Shown here: positions 9,901-22,664 of the stretch, piece by piece
Numbering within the stretch: the first letter of the stretch is position 1
Layout of the letters: every line of letters starts with the position of its first letter
NCBI GenBank assembly: GCA_964057225.1
Contig: OZ059898.1
Location: 6,758,001-6,822,000 of the forward strand
From: Auanema rhodensis
Lineage: Eukaryota; Animalia; Nematoda
Length of the DNA stretch: 64,000 bases
Reading direction: 5' to 3'
Notes under the pieces: model-generated
What the model was told of the DNA's origin: nothing
Databases searched by the model: none
Seen by the model: the letters and a program-made list of their open reading frames with translations, nothing else
Made by a program: the position numbers and the translations under genes

Positions 9901-12900
9901 AGCCTGAACTTTTTTGTGAACATTCTTGTGGATGGGCTCGGTATAAACCATTTTTACAGAAAATAGAAAGCTCCATGGCAAATTTTATTAAAACAATCAG
10001 ATTCTACAGTCTTTTTTACCCAAGTTGTGTATATTCTTAATTTAATAAATTCTATGATTGAGGAGAAAAAGGAAGAATCACGGGTCCCATCGTGTACACA
10101 GCCTGAACTTTTTTGTGAACATTCTTGTGGATGGGCTCGGTATAAACCATTTTTACAGAAAATAGAAAGCTCCATGGCAAATTTTATTAAAACAATCAGA
10201 TTCTACAGTCTTTTTTACCCAAGTTGTGTATATTCTTAATTTAATAAATTCTATGATTGAGGAGAAAAAGGAAGAATCACCGGTCCCATCGTGTACACAG
10301 CCTGAACTTTTTTGTGAACATTCTTGTGGATGGGCTCGGTATAAACCATTTTTACAGAAAATAGAAAGCTCCATGGCAAATTTTATTAAAACAATCAGAT
10401 TCTACAGTCTTTTTTACCCAAGTTGTGTATATTCTTAATTTAATAAATTCTATGATTGAGGAGAAAAAGGAAGAATCACCGGTCCCATCGTGTACACAGC
10501 CTGAACTTTTTTGTGAACATTCTTGTGGATGAGCTCGGTATAAACCATTTTTACAGAAAATAGAAAGCTCCATGGCAAATTTTATTAAAACAATCAGATT
10601 CTACAGTCTTTTTTACCCAAGTTGTGTATATTCTTAATTTAATAAATTCTATGATTGAGGAGAAAAAGGAAGAATCACCGGTCCCATCGTGTACACAGCC
10701 TGAACTTTTTTGTGAACATTCTTGTGGATGGGCTCGGTATAAACCATTTTTACAGAAAATAGAAAGCTCCATGGCAAATTTTATTAAAACAATCAGATTC
10801 TACAGTCTTTTTTACCCAAGTTGTGTATATTCTTAATTTAATAAATTCTATGATTGAGGAGAAAAAGGAAGAATCACCGGTCCCATCGTGTACACAGCCT
10901 GAACTTTTTTGTGAACATTCTTGTGGATGAGCTCGGTATAAACCATTTTTACAGAAAATAGAAAGCTCCATGGCAAATTTTATTAAAACAATCAGATTCT
11001 ACAGTCTTTTTTACCCAAGTTGTGTATATTCTTAATTTAATAAATTCTATGATTGAGGAGAAAAAGGAAGAATCACCGGTCCCATCGTGTACACAGCCTG
11101 AACTTTTTTGTGAACATTCTTGTGGATGAGCTCGGTATAAACCATTTTTACAGAAAATAGAAAGCTCCATGGCAAATTTTATTAAAACAATCAGATTCTA
11201 CAGTCTTTTTTACCCAAGTTGTGTATATTCTTAATTTAATAAATTCTATGATTGAGGAGAAAAAGGAAGAATCACCGGTCCCATCGTGTACACAGCCTGA
11301 ACTTTTTTGTGAACATTCTTGTGGATGAGCTCGGTATAAACCATTTTTACAGAAAATAGAAAGCTCCATGGCAATTTTTATTAAAACAATCAGATTCTAC
11401 AGTCTTTTTTACCCAAGTTGTGTATATTCTTAATTTAATAAATTCTATGATTGAGGAGAAAAAGGAAGAATCACGGGTCCCATCGTGTACACAGCCTGAA
11501 CTTTTTTGTGAACATTCTTGTGGATGGGCTCGGTATAAACCATTTTTACAGAAAATAGAAAGCTCCATGGCAAATTTTATTAAAACAATCAGATTCTACA
11601 GTCTTTTTTACCCAAGTTGTGTATATTCTTAATTTAATAAATTCTATGATTGAGGAGAAAAAGGAAGAATCACCGGTCCCATCGTGTACACAGCCTGAAC
11701 TTTTTTGTGAACATTCTTGTGGATGAGCTCGGTATAAACCATTTTTACAGAAAATAGAAAGCTCCATGGCAAATTTTATTAAAACAATCAGATTCTACAG
11801 TCTTTTTTACCCAAGTTGTGTATATTCTTAATTTAATAAATTCTATGATTGAGGAGAAAAAGGAAGAATCACCGGTCCCATCGTGTACACAGCCTGAACT
11901 TTTTTGTGAACATTCTTGTGGATGAGCTCGGTATAAACCATTTTTACAGAAAATAGAAAGCTCCATGGCAAATTTTATTAAAACAATCAGATTCTACAGT
12001 CTTTTTTACCCAAGTTGTGTATATTCTTAATTTAATAAATTCTATGATTGAGGAGAAAAAGGAAGAATCACGGGTCCCATCGTGTACACAGCCTGAACTT
12101 TTTTGTGAACATTCTTGTGGATGGGCTCGGTATAAACCATTTTTACAGAAAATAGAAAGCTCCATGGCAAATTTTATTAAAACAATCAGATTCTACAGTC
12201 TTTTTTACCCAAGTTGTGTATATTCTTAATTTAATAAATTCTATGATTGAGGAGAAAAAGGAAGAATCACCGGTCCCATCGTGTACACAGCCTGAACTTT
12301 TTTGTGAACATTCTTGTGGATGAGCTCGGTATAAACCATTTTTACAGAAAATAGAAAGCTCCATGGCAAATTTTATTAAAACAATCAGATTCTACAGTCT
12401 TTTTTACCCAAGTTGTGTATATTCTTAATTTAATAAATTCTATGATTGAGGAGAAAAAGGAAGAATCACGGGTCCCATCGTGTACACAGCCTGAACTTTT
12501 TTGTGAACATTCTTGTGGATGGGCTCGGTATAAACCATTTTTACAGAAAATAGAAAGCTCCATGGCAAATTTTATTAAAACAATCAGATTCTACAGTCTT
12601 TTTTACCCAAGTTGTGTATATTCTTAATTTAATAAATTCTATGATTGAGGAGAAAAAGGAAGAATCACGGGTCCCATCGTGTACACAGCCTGAACTTTTT
12701 TGTGAACATTCTTGTGGATGAGCTCGGTATAAACCATTTTTACAGAAAATAGAAAGCTCCATGGCAAATTTTATTAAAACAATCAGATTCTACAGTCTTT
12801 TTTACCCAAGTTGTGTATATTCTTAATTTAATAAATTCTATGATTGAGGAGAAAAAGGAAGAATCACGGGTCCCATCGTGTACACAGCCTGAACTTTTTT

Positions 12901-15900
12901 GTGAACATTCTTGTGGATGAGCTCGGTATAAACCATTTTTACAGAAAATAGAAAGCTCCATGGCAAATTTTATTAAAACAATCAGATTCTACAGTCTTTT
13001 TTACCCAAGTTGTGTATATTCTTAATTTAATAAATTCTATGATTGAGGAGAAAAAGGAAGAATCACCGGTCCCATCGTGTACACAGCCTGAACTTTTTTG
13101 TGAACATTCTTGTGGATGGGCTCGGTATAAACCATTTTTACAGAAAATAGAAAGCTCCATGGCAAATTTTATTAAAACAATCAGATTCTACAGTCTTTTT
13201 TACCCAAGTTGTGTATATTCTTAATTTAATAAATTCTATGATTGAGGAGAAAAAGGAAGAATCACCGGTCCCATCGTGTACACAGCCTGAACTTTTTTGT
13301 GAACATTCTTGTGGATGAGCTCGGTATAAACCATTTTTACAGAAAATAGAAAGCTCCATGGCAAATTTTATTAAAACAATCAGATTCTACAGTCTTTTTT
13401 ACCCAAGTTGTGTATATTCTTAATTTAATAAATTCTATGATTGAGGAGAAAAAGGAAGAATCACCGGTCCCATCGTGTACACAGCCTGAACTTTTTTGTG
13501 AACATTCTTGTGGATGAGCTCGGTATAAACCATTTTTACAGAAAATAGAAAGCTCCATGGCAAATTTTATTAAAACAATCAGATTCTACAGTCTTTTTTA
13601 CCCAAGTTGTGTATATTCTTAATTTAATAAATTCTATGATTGAGGAGAAAAAGGAAGAATCACCGGTCCCATCGTGTACACAGCCTGAACTTTTTTGTGA
13701 ACATTCTTGTGGATGAGCTCGGTATAAACCATTTTTACAGAAAATAGAAAGCTCCATGGCAAATTTTATCAAAACAATCAGATTCTACAGTCTCTTTTAC
13801 CCAAGTTGTGTATATTCTTAATTTAATAAATTCTATGATTGAGGAGAAAAAGGAAGAATCACCGGTCCCATCGTGTACACAGCCTGAACTTTTTTGTGAA
13901 CATTCTTGTGGATGAGCTCGGTATAAACCATTTTTACAGAAAATAGAAAGCTCCATGGCAAATTTTATTAAAACAATCAGATTCTACAGTCTCTTTTACC
14001 CAAGTTGTGTATATTCTTAATTTAATAAATTCTATGATTGAGGAGAAAAAGGAAGAATCACCGGTCCCATCGTGTACACAGCCTGAACTTTTTTGTGAAC
14101 ATTCTTGTGGATGAGCTCGGTATAAACCATTTTTACAGAAAATAGAAAGCTCCATGGCAAATTTTATTAAAACAATCAGATTCTACAGTCTTTTTTACCC
14201 AAGTTGTGTATATTCTTAATTTAATAAATTCTATGATTGAGGAGAAAAAGGAAGAATCACCGGTCCCATCGTGTACACAGCCTGAACTTTTTTGTGAACA
14301 TTCTTGTGGATGAGCTCGGTATAAACCATTTTTACAGAAAATAGAAAGCTCCATGGCAAATTTTATTAAAACAATCAGATTCTACAGTCTTTTTTACCCA
14401 AGTTGTGTATATTCTTAATTTAATAAATTCTATGATTGAGGAGAAAAAGGAAGAATCACCGGTCCCATCGTGTACACAGCCTGAACTTTTTTGTGAACAT
14501 TCTTGTGGATGAGCTCGGTATAAACCATTTTTACAGAAAATAGAAAGCTCCATGGCAAATTTTATTAAAACAATCAGATTCTACAGTCTTTTTTACCCAA
14601 GTTGTGTATATTCTTAATTTAATAAATTCTATGATTGAGGAGAAAAAGGAAGAATCACCGGTCCCATCGTGTACACAGCCTGAACTTTTTTGTGAACATT
14701 CTTGTGGATGAGCTCGGTATAAACCATTTTTACAGAAAATAGAAAGCTCCATGGCAAATTTTATCAAAACAATCAGATTCTACAGTCTCTTTTACCCAAG
14801 TTGTGTATATTCTTAATTTAATAAATTCTATGATTGAGGAGAAAAAGGAAGAATCACCGGTCCCATCGTGTACACAGCCTGAACTTTTTTGTGAACATTC
14901 TTGTGGATGAGCTCGGTATAAACCATTTTTACAGAAAATAGAAAGCTCCATGGCAAATTTTATTAAAACAATCAGATTCTACAGTCTTTTTTACCCAAGT
15001 TGTGTATATTCTTAATTTAATAAATTCTATGATTGAGGAGAAAAAGGAAGAATCACCGGTCCCATCGTGTACACAGCCTGAACTTTTTTGTGAACATTCT
15101 TGTGGATGGGCTCGGTATAAACCATTTTTACAGAAAATAGAAAGCTCCATGGCAAATTTTATTAAAACAATCAGATTCTACAGTCTTTTTTACCCAAGTT
15201 GTGTATATTCTTAATTTAATAAATTCTATGATTGAGGAGAAAAAGGAAGAATCACCGGTCCCATCGTGTACACAGCCTGAACTTTTTTGTGAACATTCTT
15301 GTGGATGGGCTCGGTATAAACCATTTTTACAGAAAATAGAAAGCTCCATGGCAAATTTTATTAAAACAATCAGATTCTACAGTCTTTTTTACCCAAGTTG
15401 TGTATATTCTTAATTTAATAAATTCTATGATTGAGGAGAAAAAGGAAGAATCACCGGTCCCATCGTGTACACAGCCTGAACTTTTTTGTGAACATTCTTG
15501 TGGATGAGCTCGGTATAAACCATTTTTACAGAAAATAGAAAGCTCCATGGCAAATTTTATTAAAACAATCAGATTCTACAGTCTTTTTTACCCAAGTTGT
15601 GTATATTCTTAATTTAATAAATTCTATGATTGAGGAGAAAAAGGAAGAATCACCGGTCCCATCGTGTACACAGCCTGAACTTTTTTGTGAACATTCTTGT
15701 GGATGAGCTCGGTATAAACCATTTTTACAGAAAATAGAAAGCTCCATGGCAAATTTTATTAAAACAATCAGATTCTACAGTCTTTTTTACCCAAGTTGTG
15801 TATATTCTTAATTTAATAAATTCTATGATTGAGGAGAAAAAGGAAGAATCACCGGTCCCATCGTGTACACAGCCTGAACTTTTTTGTGAACATTCTTGTG

Positions 15901-17628
15901 GATGAGCTCGGTATAAACCATTTTTACAGAAAATAGAAAGCTCCATGGCAAATTTTATTAAAACAATCAGATTCTACAGTCTTTTTTACCCAAGTTGTGT
16001 ATATTCTTAATTTAATAAATTCTATGATTGAGGAGAAAAAGGAAGAATCACCGGTCCCATCGTGTACACAGCCTGAACTTTTTTGTGAACATTCTTGTGG
16101 ATGAGCTCGGTATAAACCATTTTTACAGAAAATAGAAAGCTCCATGGCAAATTTTATCAAAACAATCAGATTCTACAGTCTCTTTTACCCAAGTTGTGTA
16201 TATTCTTAATTTAATAAATTCTATGATTGAGGAGAAAAAGGAAGAATCACCGGTCCCATCGTGTACACAGCCTGAACTTTTTTGTGAACATTCTTGTGGA
16301 TGAGCTCGGTATAAACCATTTTTACAGAAAATAGAAAGCTCCATGGCAAATTTTATTAAAACAATCAGATTCTACAGTCTTTTTTACCCAAGTTGTGTAT
16401 ATTCTTAATTTAATAAATTCTATGATTGAGGAGAAAAAGGAAGAATCACCGGTCCCATCGTGTACACAGCCTGAACTTTTTTGTGAACATTCTTGTGGAT
16501 GGGCTCGGTATAAACCATTTTTACAGAAAATAGAAAGCTCCATGGCAAATTTTATTAAAACAATCAGATTCTACAGTCTTTTTTACCCAAGTTGTGTATA
16601 TTCTTAATTTAATAAATTCTATGATTGAGGAGAAAAAGGAAGAATCACCGGTCCCATCGTGTACACAGCCTGAACTTTTTTGTGAACATTCTTGTGGATG
16701 GGCTCGGTATAAACCATTTTTACAGAAAATAGAAAGCTCCATGGCAAATTTTATCAAAACAATCAGATTCTACAGTCTCTTTTACCCAAGTTGTGTATAT
16801 TCTTAATTTAATAAATTCTATGATTGAGGAGAAAAAGGAAGAATCACCGGTCCCATCGTGTACACAGCCTGAACTTTTTTGTGAACATTCTTGTGGATGA
16901 GCTCGGTATAAACCATTTTTACAGAAAATAGAAAGCTCCATGGCAAATTTTATTAAAACAATCAGATTCTACAGTCTTTTTTACCCAAGTTGTGTATATT
17001 CTTAATTTAATAAATTCTATGATTGAGGAGAAAAAGGAAGAATCACCGGTCCCATCGTGTACACAGCCTGAACTTTTTTGTGAACATTCTTGTGGATGGG
17101 CTCGGTATAAACCATTTTTACAGAAAATAGAAAGCTCCATGGCAAATTTTATTAAAACAATCAGATTCTACAGTCTTTTTTACCCAAGTTGTGTATATTC
17201 TTAATTTAATAAATTCTATGATTGAGGAGAAAAAGGAAGAATCACCGGTCCCATCGTGTACACAGCCTGAACTTTTTTGTGAACATTCTTGTGGATGGGC
17301 TCGGTATAAACCATTTTTACAGAAAATAGAAAGCTCCATGGCAAATTTTATTAAAACAATCAGATTCTACAGTCTTTTTTACCCAAGTTGTGTATATTCT
17401 TAATTTAATAAATTCTATGATTGAGGAGAAAAAGGAAGAATCACCGGTCCCATCGTGTACACAGCCTGAACTTTTTTGTGAACATTCTTGTGGATGGGCT
17501 CGGTATAAACCATTTTTACAGAAAATAGAAAGCTCCATGGCAAATTTTATCAAAACAATCAGATTCTACAGTCTCTTTTACCCAAGTTGTGTATATTCTT
17601 AATTTAATAAATTCTATGATTGAGGAGA
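6993..17628. repeat. 199-bp tandem satellite array, right block (~53 units)
   Basis: Same monomer and orientation as the left block. Starts at gcaaattttattaaaac (6993) and ends at ...gattgaggaga (~17628). Confidence 0.98.
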
Positions 17629-18342
17629 GTTTCCTCGTCCGGGCTCCTCGTCTTCGGCCTCCTGGCTCCTCGTCATTGGGCTCCTGGAGCCTCGTCCTCC
17701 TCGTCTTCGGGCTCCTCGGGATCCTGGCTCCTCGTCCTTCTCGGGCTCCTGGCTCCTGGATCCTCGTCCTCCTCGGGCTCCTGGATCCTCGTCTTCGGGC
17801 TCCTCGGGATCCTGGCTCCTCGTCTTCGGGTTCCTGGCTTCTCGTCCTTGGGCTTTTGGAAGGCAAAAGGCTTCCCTCAAGGTCTCGTTTTCTCGTTTCC
17901 TCGTCCTGGCTTCTCGTTCTCCTCGGGATCCTGGCTCCTCGATCCTCGTCCCCGTCTCCTGGATCCTCGTCCTCTTCGTGCTCCTCGTCCTCCGTCTCCT
18001 GGATCCTCGTCCTCCTCGTCCTCCGTCTCCTGGATCCTCGTCCTCCGTCTCCTGGCTTCTCGTTCTCCTCTTGTTCGGGATCCTGGCTCCTGGTCCTCCT
18101 CGCCTTCGGGATCCTGGCTCCTGGTCCTCTTCGTGCTCCTCGTCTCCTGGATCCTCGTCCTCCTCGTTCTCGGCTTCCTCGGGATCCTGGTCCTCGTCCT
18201 CCTCGTCTTCGGGCTCCTCGGGATCCTGGCTCCTGGTCCTCCTCGTTCTCGGGATCCTCGGGATCCTGGCTCCTGGTCCTCCTCGTCTCGTCTCCTGGAT
18301 CTTCGTCCTCCTCGTCTTCGGGCTCCTCGGGATCCTGGCTCT
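17629..18342. repeat. GC-rich, strongly pyrimidine-biased modular minisatellite (ctcctcgt / cctggct / ggatc / cttcggg modules)
   Basis: Short modules reshuffled over ~710 bp, with very few A on the + strand outside GGATC. The long ORFs in several frames are a compositional by-product. Confidence 0.9.
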
Positions 18343-20549
18343 ATAATCTTTGTCTTACCTTAAGTTATGCTCAGTATCCTAGAGGATTCGATCTTGGACT
18401 GTTTGATTGTCAGTCTGTCATCTTATCCTTTCGGCTACTGACCACATTTATATATAATTGGTAACTATATAATAAAATAAAAAATGGATATATGATATAA
18501 ACCGCTATCAATAGCTGTTTCAAGTTCTTTATGCTACTGACGGCCTTATTAAAAAGTTTATTTTATTCAAAACTGAATTACAGTTATATAATTATACAGA
18601 CATAAAATTTTTAAAAAATTTGAAAACATGATTTTTTTTGAAATCCATGCTCAAGCTCTGAGAGTAGGATAATATGATTTTGACAGCTGGCGTCTTCAAA
18701 AGTATGATTTTAACAGCAATTTTGCACGGCTCACTACTTATAATAAGTATAATAAAATTAGAAAATATTATGATATAAAAACTGAATCATTATTTGACAC
18801 TGAATTTTCATTATCAACTGTTTACTTTGTTGTAATGTTTGCTCTGAAAGAACTAATTAAGCCATTTGATTTTTACAAGATAAGGGTATATTCTTTGAAA
18901 CTATAGAATGTGACCGATGTACACGACAAATGACTGTTTCTTTAACTCGGAATAAGCGGAGATATGCTAGAAAAAAACTGTAGAAGGGAATTTTTAATGA
19001 AAAAAAGAACATTTCTTCAATGTTGTTGAAAGTTAAAATCAAAGTATCAACAACACCAACATTTTAATTTCAAAATTACTGAATACCTACGTATCTCATA
19101 TAGTTATCACATTTTACTAAAAGTATGGGGCCTAAAGGTAAAATGGGAGATATAGATACGGAAAAAGCGTTAAATATAGAAATATAAAATAATATAAAAC
19201 CGATTCTCCTCTTATGTGTTAATGAAGTTTTAATCTTTCACGTGAATTACCGTAACATTTTCCGCATCGTCGTGATTCCATAGGCAAATATCCTAATAAA
19301 TTCTTAAAAAATTTAATTTTTAATAACAAAAAATAAAAAATAAAGTTAAAATTTATAATTTTCCATTATAAAAGAAAACAATTTTCAAAATAATATCATA
19401 TGTAAGTTAATCTAAAGATTCTACCGAATAATATACATAATATACACAATTAAATTAAATTTTGATGCCATTAAAGAAGATATTTGCTCTTAAAAATGTT
19501 TTTTTTTACATTTTACAAGCAATGATGAATGAAATAATATCTTCTTTTTTAGTTATTTCTTTGTAGAAAGTCAGTTAGTATAGATTAACAACGATTTAAC
19601 TAAAGTTTAAAGTTGAAAAAAAGTTTGAAAAATCCTTAATCATTGAATATATTTATAAAAATATATAATTTTGAATGAGAGAAATAGAAATTATTTAAAA
19701 TAAAAAAAACGTATAGAAGATTTGTTAGTCAATTAGTATATTGAAACTGATCATTAAATCCTATAATACATTGTTTGATCCCTTCTATTTCATTTCTAAC
19801 TATGTATATTGGATATTAGATTAACTATACTATTATCAAAAACATATTTTACAATAGAAATTCAAGAAAATAACATTTTCATTTCTGGTTGTTCTGTTTT
19901 TCGAATAAAATAGTTTTAACTTCAGAAAAATAGATTTAGAATTTATTGGTAAAACGAAAAAATATATTTATATCAATAACATATAGTTATATTTATCCAA
20001 TTAAATTTATAAAAAAAGTCTTTTATAACCATATAATGGTATAGTTATTAAGAAATATTATATTATACATATACATATATGTATAGTTTTTTTTATTAAA
20101 AAAAAGAAGATTATAATTAGTATAATTAGCTCTCTCTCTCTCTCTCTCTCAGTAAAATATTTGAACTTTTAAAAAAAGTATATTAGTTTTAGAGAATGAG
20201 AGCTCATTAATATAGTAATACAGTATTTATTGATATATCATATGAACCAGTTCATTATGCTGAAAGATTTAATATTATCCCGACTTAGAAACATATTAAA
20301 TAGTTTTTTAATAATAATTAATCATGTTATATGATATAGAAATGTATAATAACAACTAGTTTTGATATATGTTATCCTTAATTGCCTGATCTTTTATCCT
20401 TTTTAGTCTCCCCACTTTTCAAATCCATATTTATAGGCATGAGAATCTCATTTTCTCATGTCACATGTTGATCTAAAATAATATATTTCTAACTAATATT
20501 AATATTTTTTATTTTATTTTAAGTAATTTGTATTTATTTTTAGGAAACC

Positions 20550-21505
20550 ATGAAATTTACTATTGTTTCTACTCTTCTTCTTTCCGCTGTTTATGCTGCT
20601 CCAATTCCTGGTAATATCACTTTGACTGGTGATATTATTAAGAAACAATTGGATCCTCTTCTTGCATTCGACAGTAAATTTTCAATTATAATTTAAAACT
20701 TTGAAACTTCCCTTTCAGAATACATTGATGAACCATTCTTCAGTGCTATTAAATCTGTATGAATCGTAATCCTTCATCTTTTTGAATTTTTCTTTGATTA
20801 TAGGTTATCAGCAGTGATAGCTTATCCGAACAACTTGCTTCTCTCTTGAATAAGCTTCACAACAAGGAAATTAAGGTAATGAAATCAATTTATGTTACAT
20901 CTCATCAAGTTTTTATAAAATACAGAGACCAAACAATAGACAAGAATCTTTGGAACTTTTAGAAAAGGACTTCCCAGAACTTGGATCTTTGTAAAAAAAT
21001 ATATTTAAAAAACATCTCATCGAATATTTCTTTATAGATTCAGAGGCATGGTCACTGATTATGAGACCAAATTCAAGTCTCTCAGTCAACCAACCCAAGA
21101 TTTCTTGAACGCTGTATGTTCATTATGCTTATTTATGTATTTTTCTTTATTTTTCTTATATTCAGATGGAACAAAGATTATACAAAGCTCAAGAAGAATA
21201 TGATTCCGTTGTTGTACCTTCTGATCCACAAACCGTTGTCAAAGGTCTTCGCGTTCACATCAAGGCTGCCATTGAAAACGATGCTGCTTTTACCGCTTTA
21301 CCACCAGCAAATGTTGAAGAATTGAACAAAGCCTGGCCAAAATTTATCACTTTCACCAAGAGTAATTTGATTTAACTATATATTTCTTATAATTATCATT
21401 ATAGGCAACGTATACACTAGCATCGTCCGTATGTTAAAGGATGCTGAAACCATGTCTGATGAGCAATTGAAAGAATTCCTTACTAAATTCTCAGCTTTTG
21501 CTTAA
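20550..21505 (+). CDS. Secreted nematode fatty-acid/retinol-binding (FAR)-like protein, 7 exons
   Basis: Signal peptide MKFTIVSTLLLSAVYAAP. The spliced ORF gives a helical protein with ESLELLEKDFPELG...YETKFKSLSQPTQDF...FTALPPANVEELNKAWP, resembling the Gp-FAR-1 family pattern. TAA at 21503-21505. Confidence 0.7.
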
Positions 21506-22158
21506 ATCATTATACAACAGTTGTAATTGAAATGAATTATTTTAGTTCGTAATTCACTAAATGAAGTTAATAATGAATTTTTTTAAGAATATTAGTTTTA
21601 TTATTTTATTTTTAAATAATCAATAATAGTTTTGTTAGAATTAGTTGAATCATTTTATATTTTTTTTATTAAAATTAATAAAATTCATAATAGAAATCAT
21701 ATTTTATAAAATCAATAATTCTGAATATTATGTAATGGAATTAATATTTTTTTATATAATAAAAGAAACGATTACTTTTATTATAATATCATTGTATATT
21801 TCCTTTTTCTCTCGCTTTCTCTCATTCAATTGAAAATATTCCGAATTTGTACAAATTTCTGTACAAAACACTTCTTTCCTTGCTGATTCATCTTCCATCA
21901 ACGTATGAACAACTTGGGTGTTCGTATAGTCAAACGTTCCTTTCTCTTCTGTTTCTCTCTTAAAACGTTTTCTTAGTCAGCGGCCGAATTTGATATAAAA
22001 GTTTCTGACAAAAATCTTACAAGCACTTCTTAAACACAAAAAATCACTTTAATACATTCTCTTCTAATAATTTATTTTAAAAAACTAAAATTGAATTCAT
22101 CTAAATGTTTTTCTAATCTAAACATGCTTATACTAATTAAAACACTGGCAAAATATTC

Positions 22159-22242
22159 TGTCATCCGCAGGATTCGAACCTGCGCCCTCCGGAGAGGACT
22201 GCGACCTGAACGCAGCGCCTTAGACCGCTCGGCCAGAATGAC
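22159..22242 (-). tRNA. tRNA-Leu (anticodon CAG)
   Basis: GTCATTCTGGCCGAGCGGTCTAAGGCGCTGCGTTCAGGTCGCAGTCCTCTCCGGAGGGCGCAGGTTCGAATCCTGCGGATGACA: A and B boxes, anticodon stem CTGCG/CGCAG, long variable arm. Confidence 0.97.
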
Positions 22243-22664
22243 ATGTAAGTTGTACCTTTTTTGGTGACTTCCACTTGCTCTCAGATCAAAATTTTAAATT
22301 TTAAATATTTATATCAAAAGCTGATAATATTTTATTTCGATAGTACAGTCCTTTCGAAATCATTGATCATGATAAATGATCGAGAGCCTTTGAAATGTAA
22401 GGCTTGATCAGCTATCGTGAACAAAGATTTTCGCATATATTCTGCATATTTCATATAAATTGTATAATTATTTATATAAATAAAATAAATACATTCTTTA
22501 TTGATTATATTAACCGTATCTATAAACACCCGTAATACATTCAGCACATTATACCTAGCCAATAATCGAATCGAAAATATACAAATAGCTTTTAAAAGCT
22601 CATAATGATATTGTAAATATAAAACTTGAGATAAATATTTTGAAATAAAAATATAAAACAAATA

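Noticed and set aside
69-17602. Dozens of 70-83 aa ORFs in the satellite as protein-coding genes
   Set aside because: They are one monomer read repeatedly. The 199-bp unit is not a multiple of 3, a TGG/TGA polymorphism toggles the + ORF, and no splice combination I tried gave an in-frame tandem protein. An ancestral exon origin of EKKEESPVPSCTQPELFCEHSCGWAR is not excluded.
1-17628. CRISPR-like array
   Set aside because: Units are near-identical along their whole length with no unique spacers, there are no cas genes, and the context is eukaryotic.
17516-18464. Long ORFs (291, 247, 122, 116 aa) in the CT-rich repeat
   Set aside because: Near absence of A on the + strand removes stop codons in all frames; the products are low-complexity.
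18530-18560. Alternative break-site candidate around GGCC at 18542
   Set aside because: No flanking symmetry and no telomere unit.
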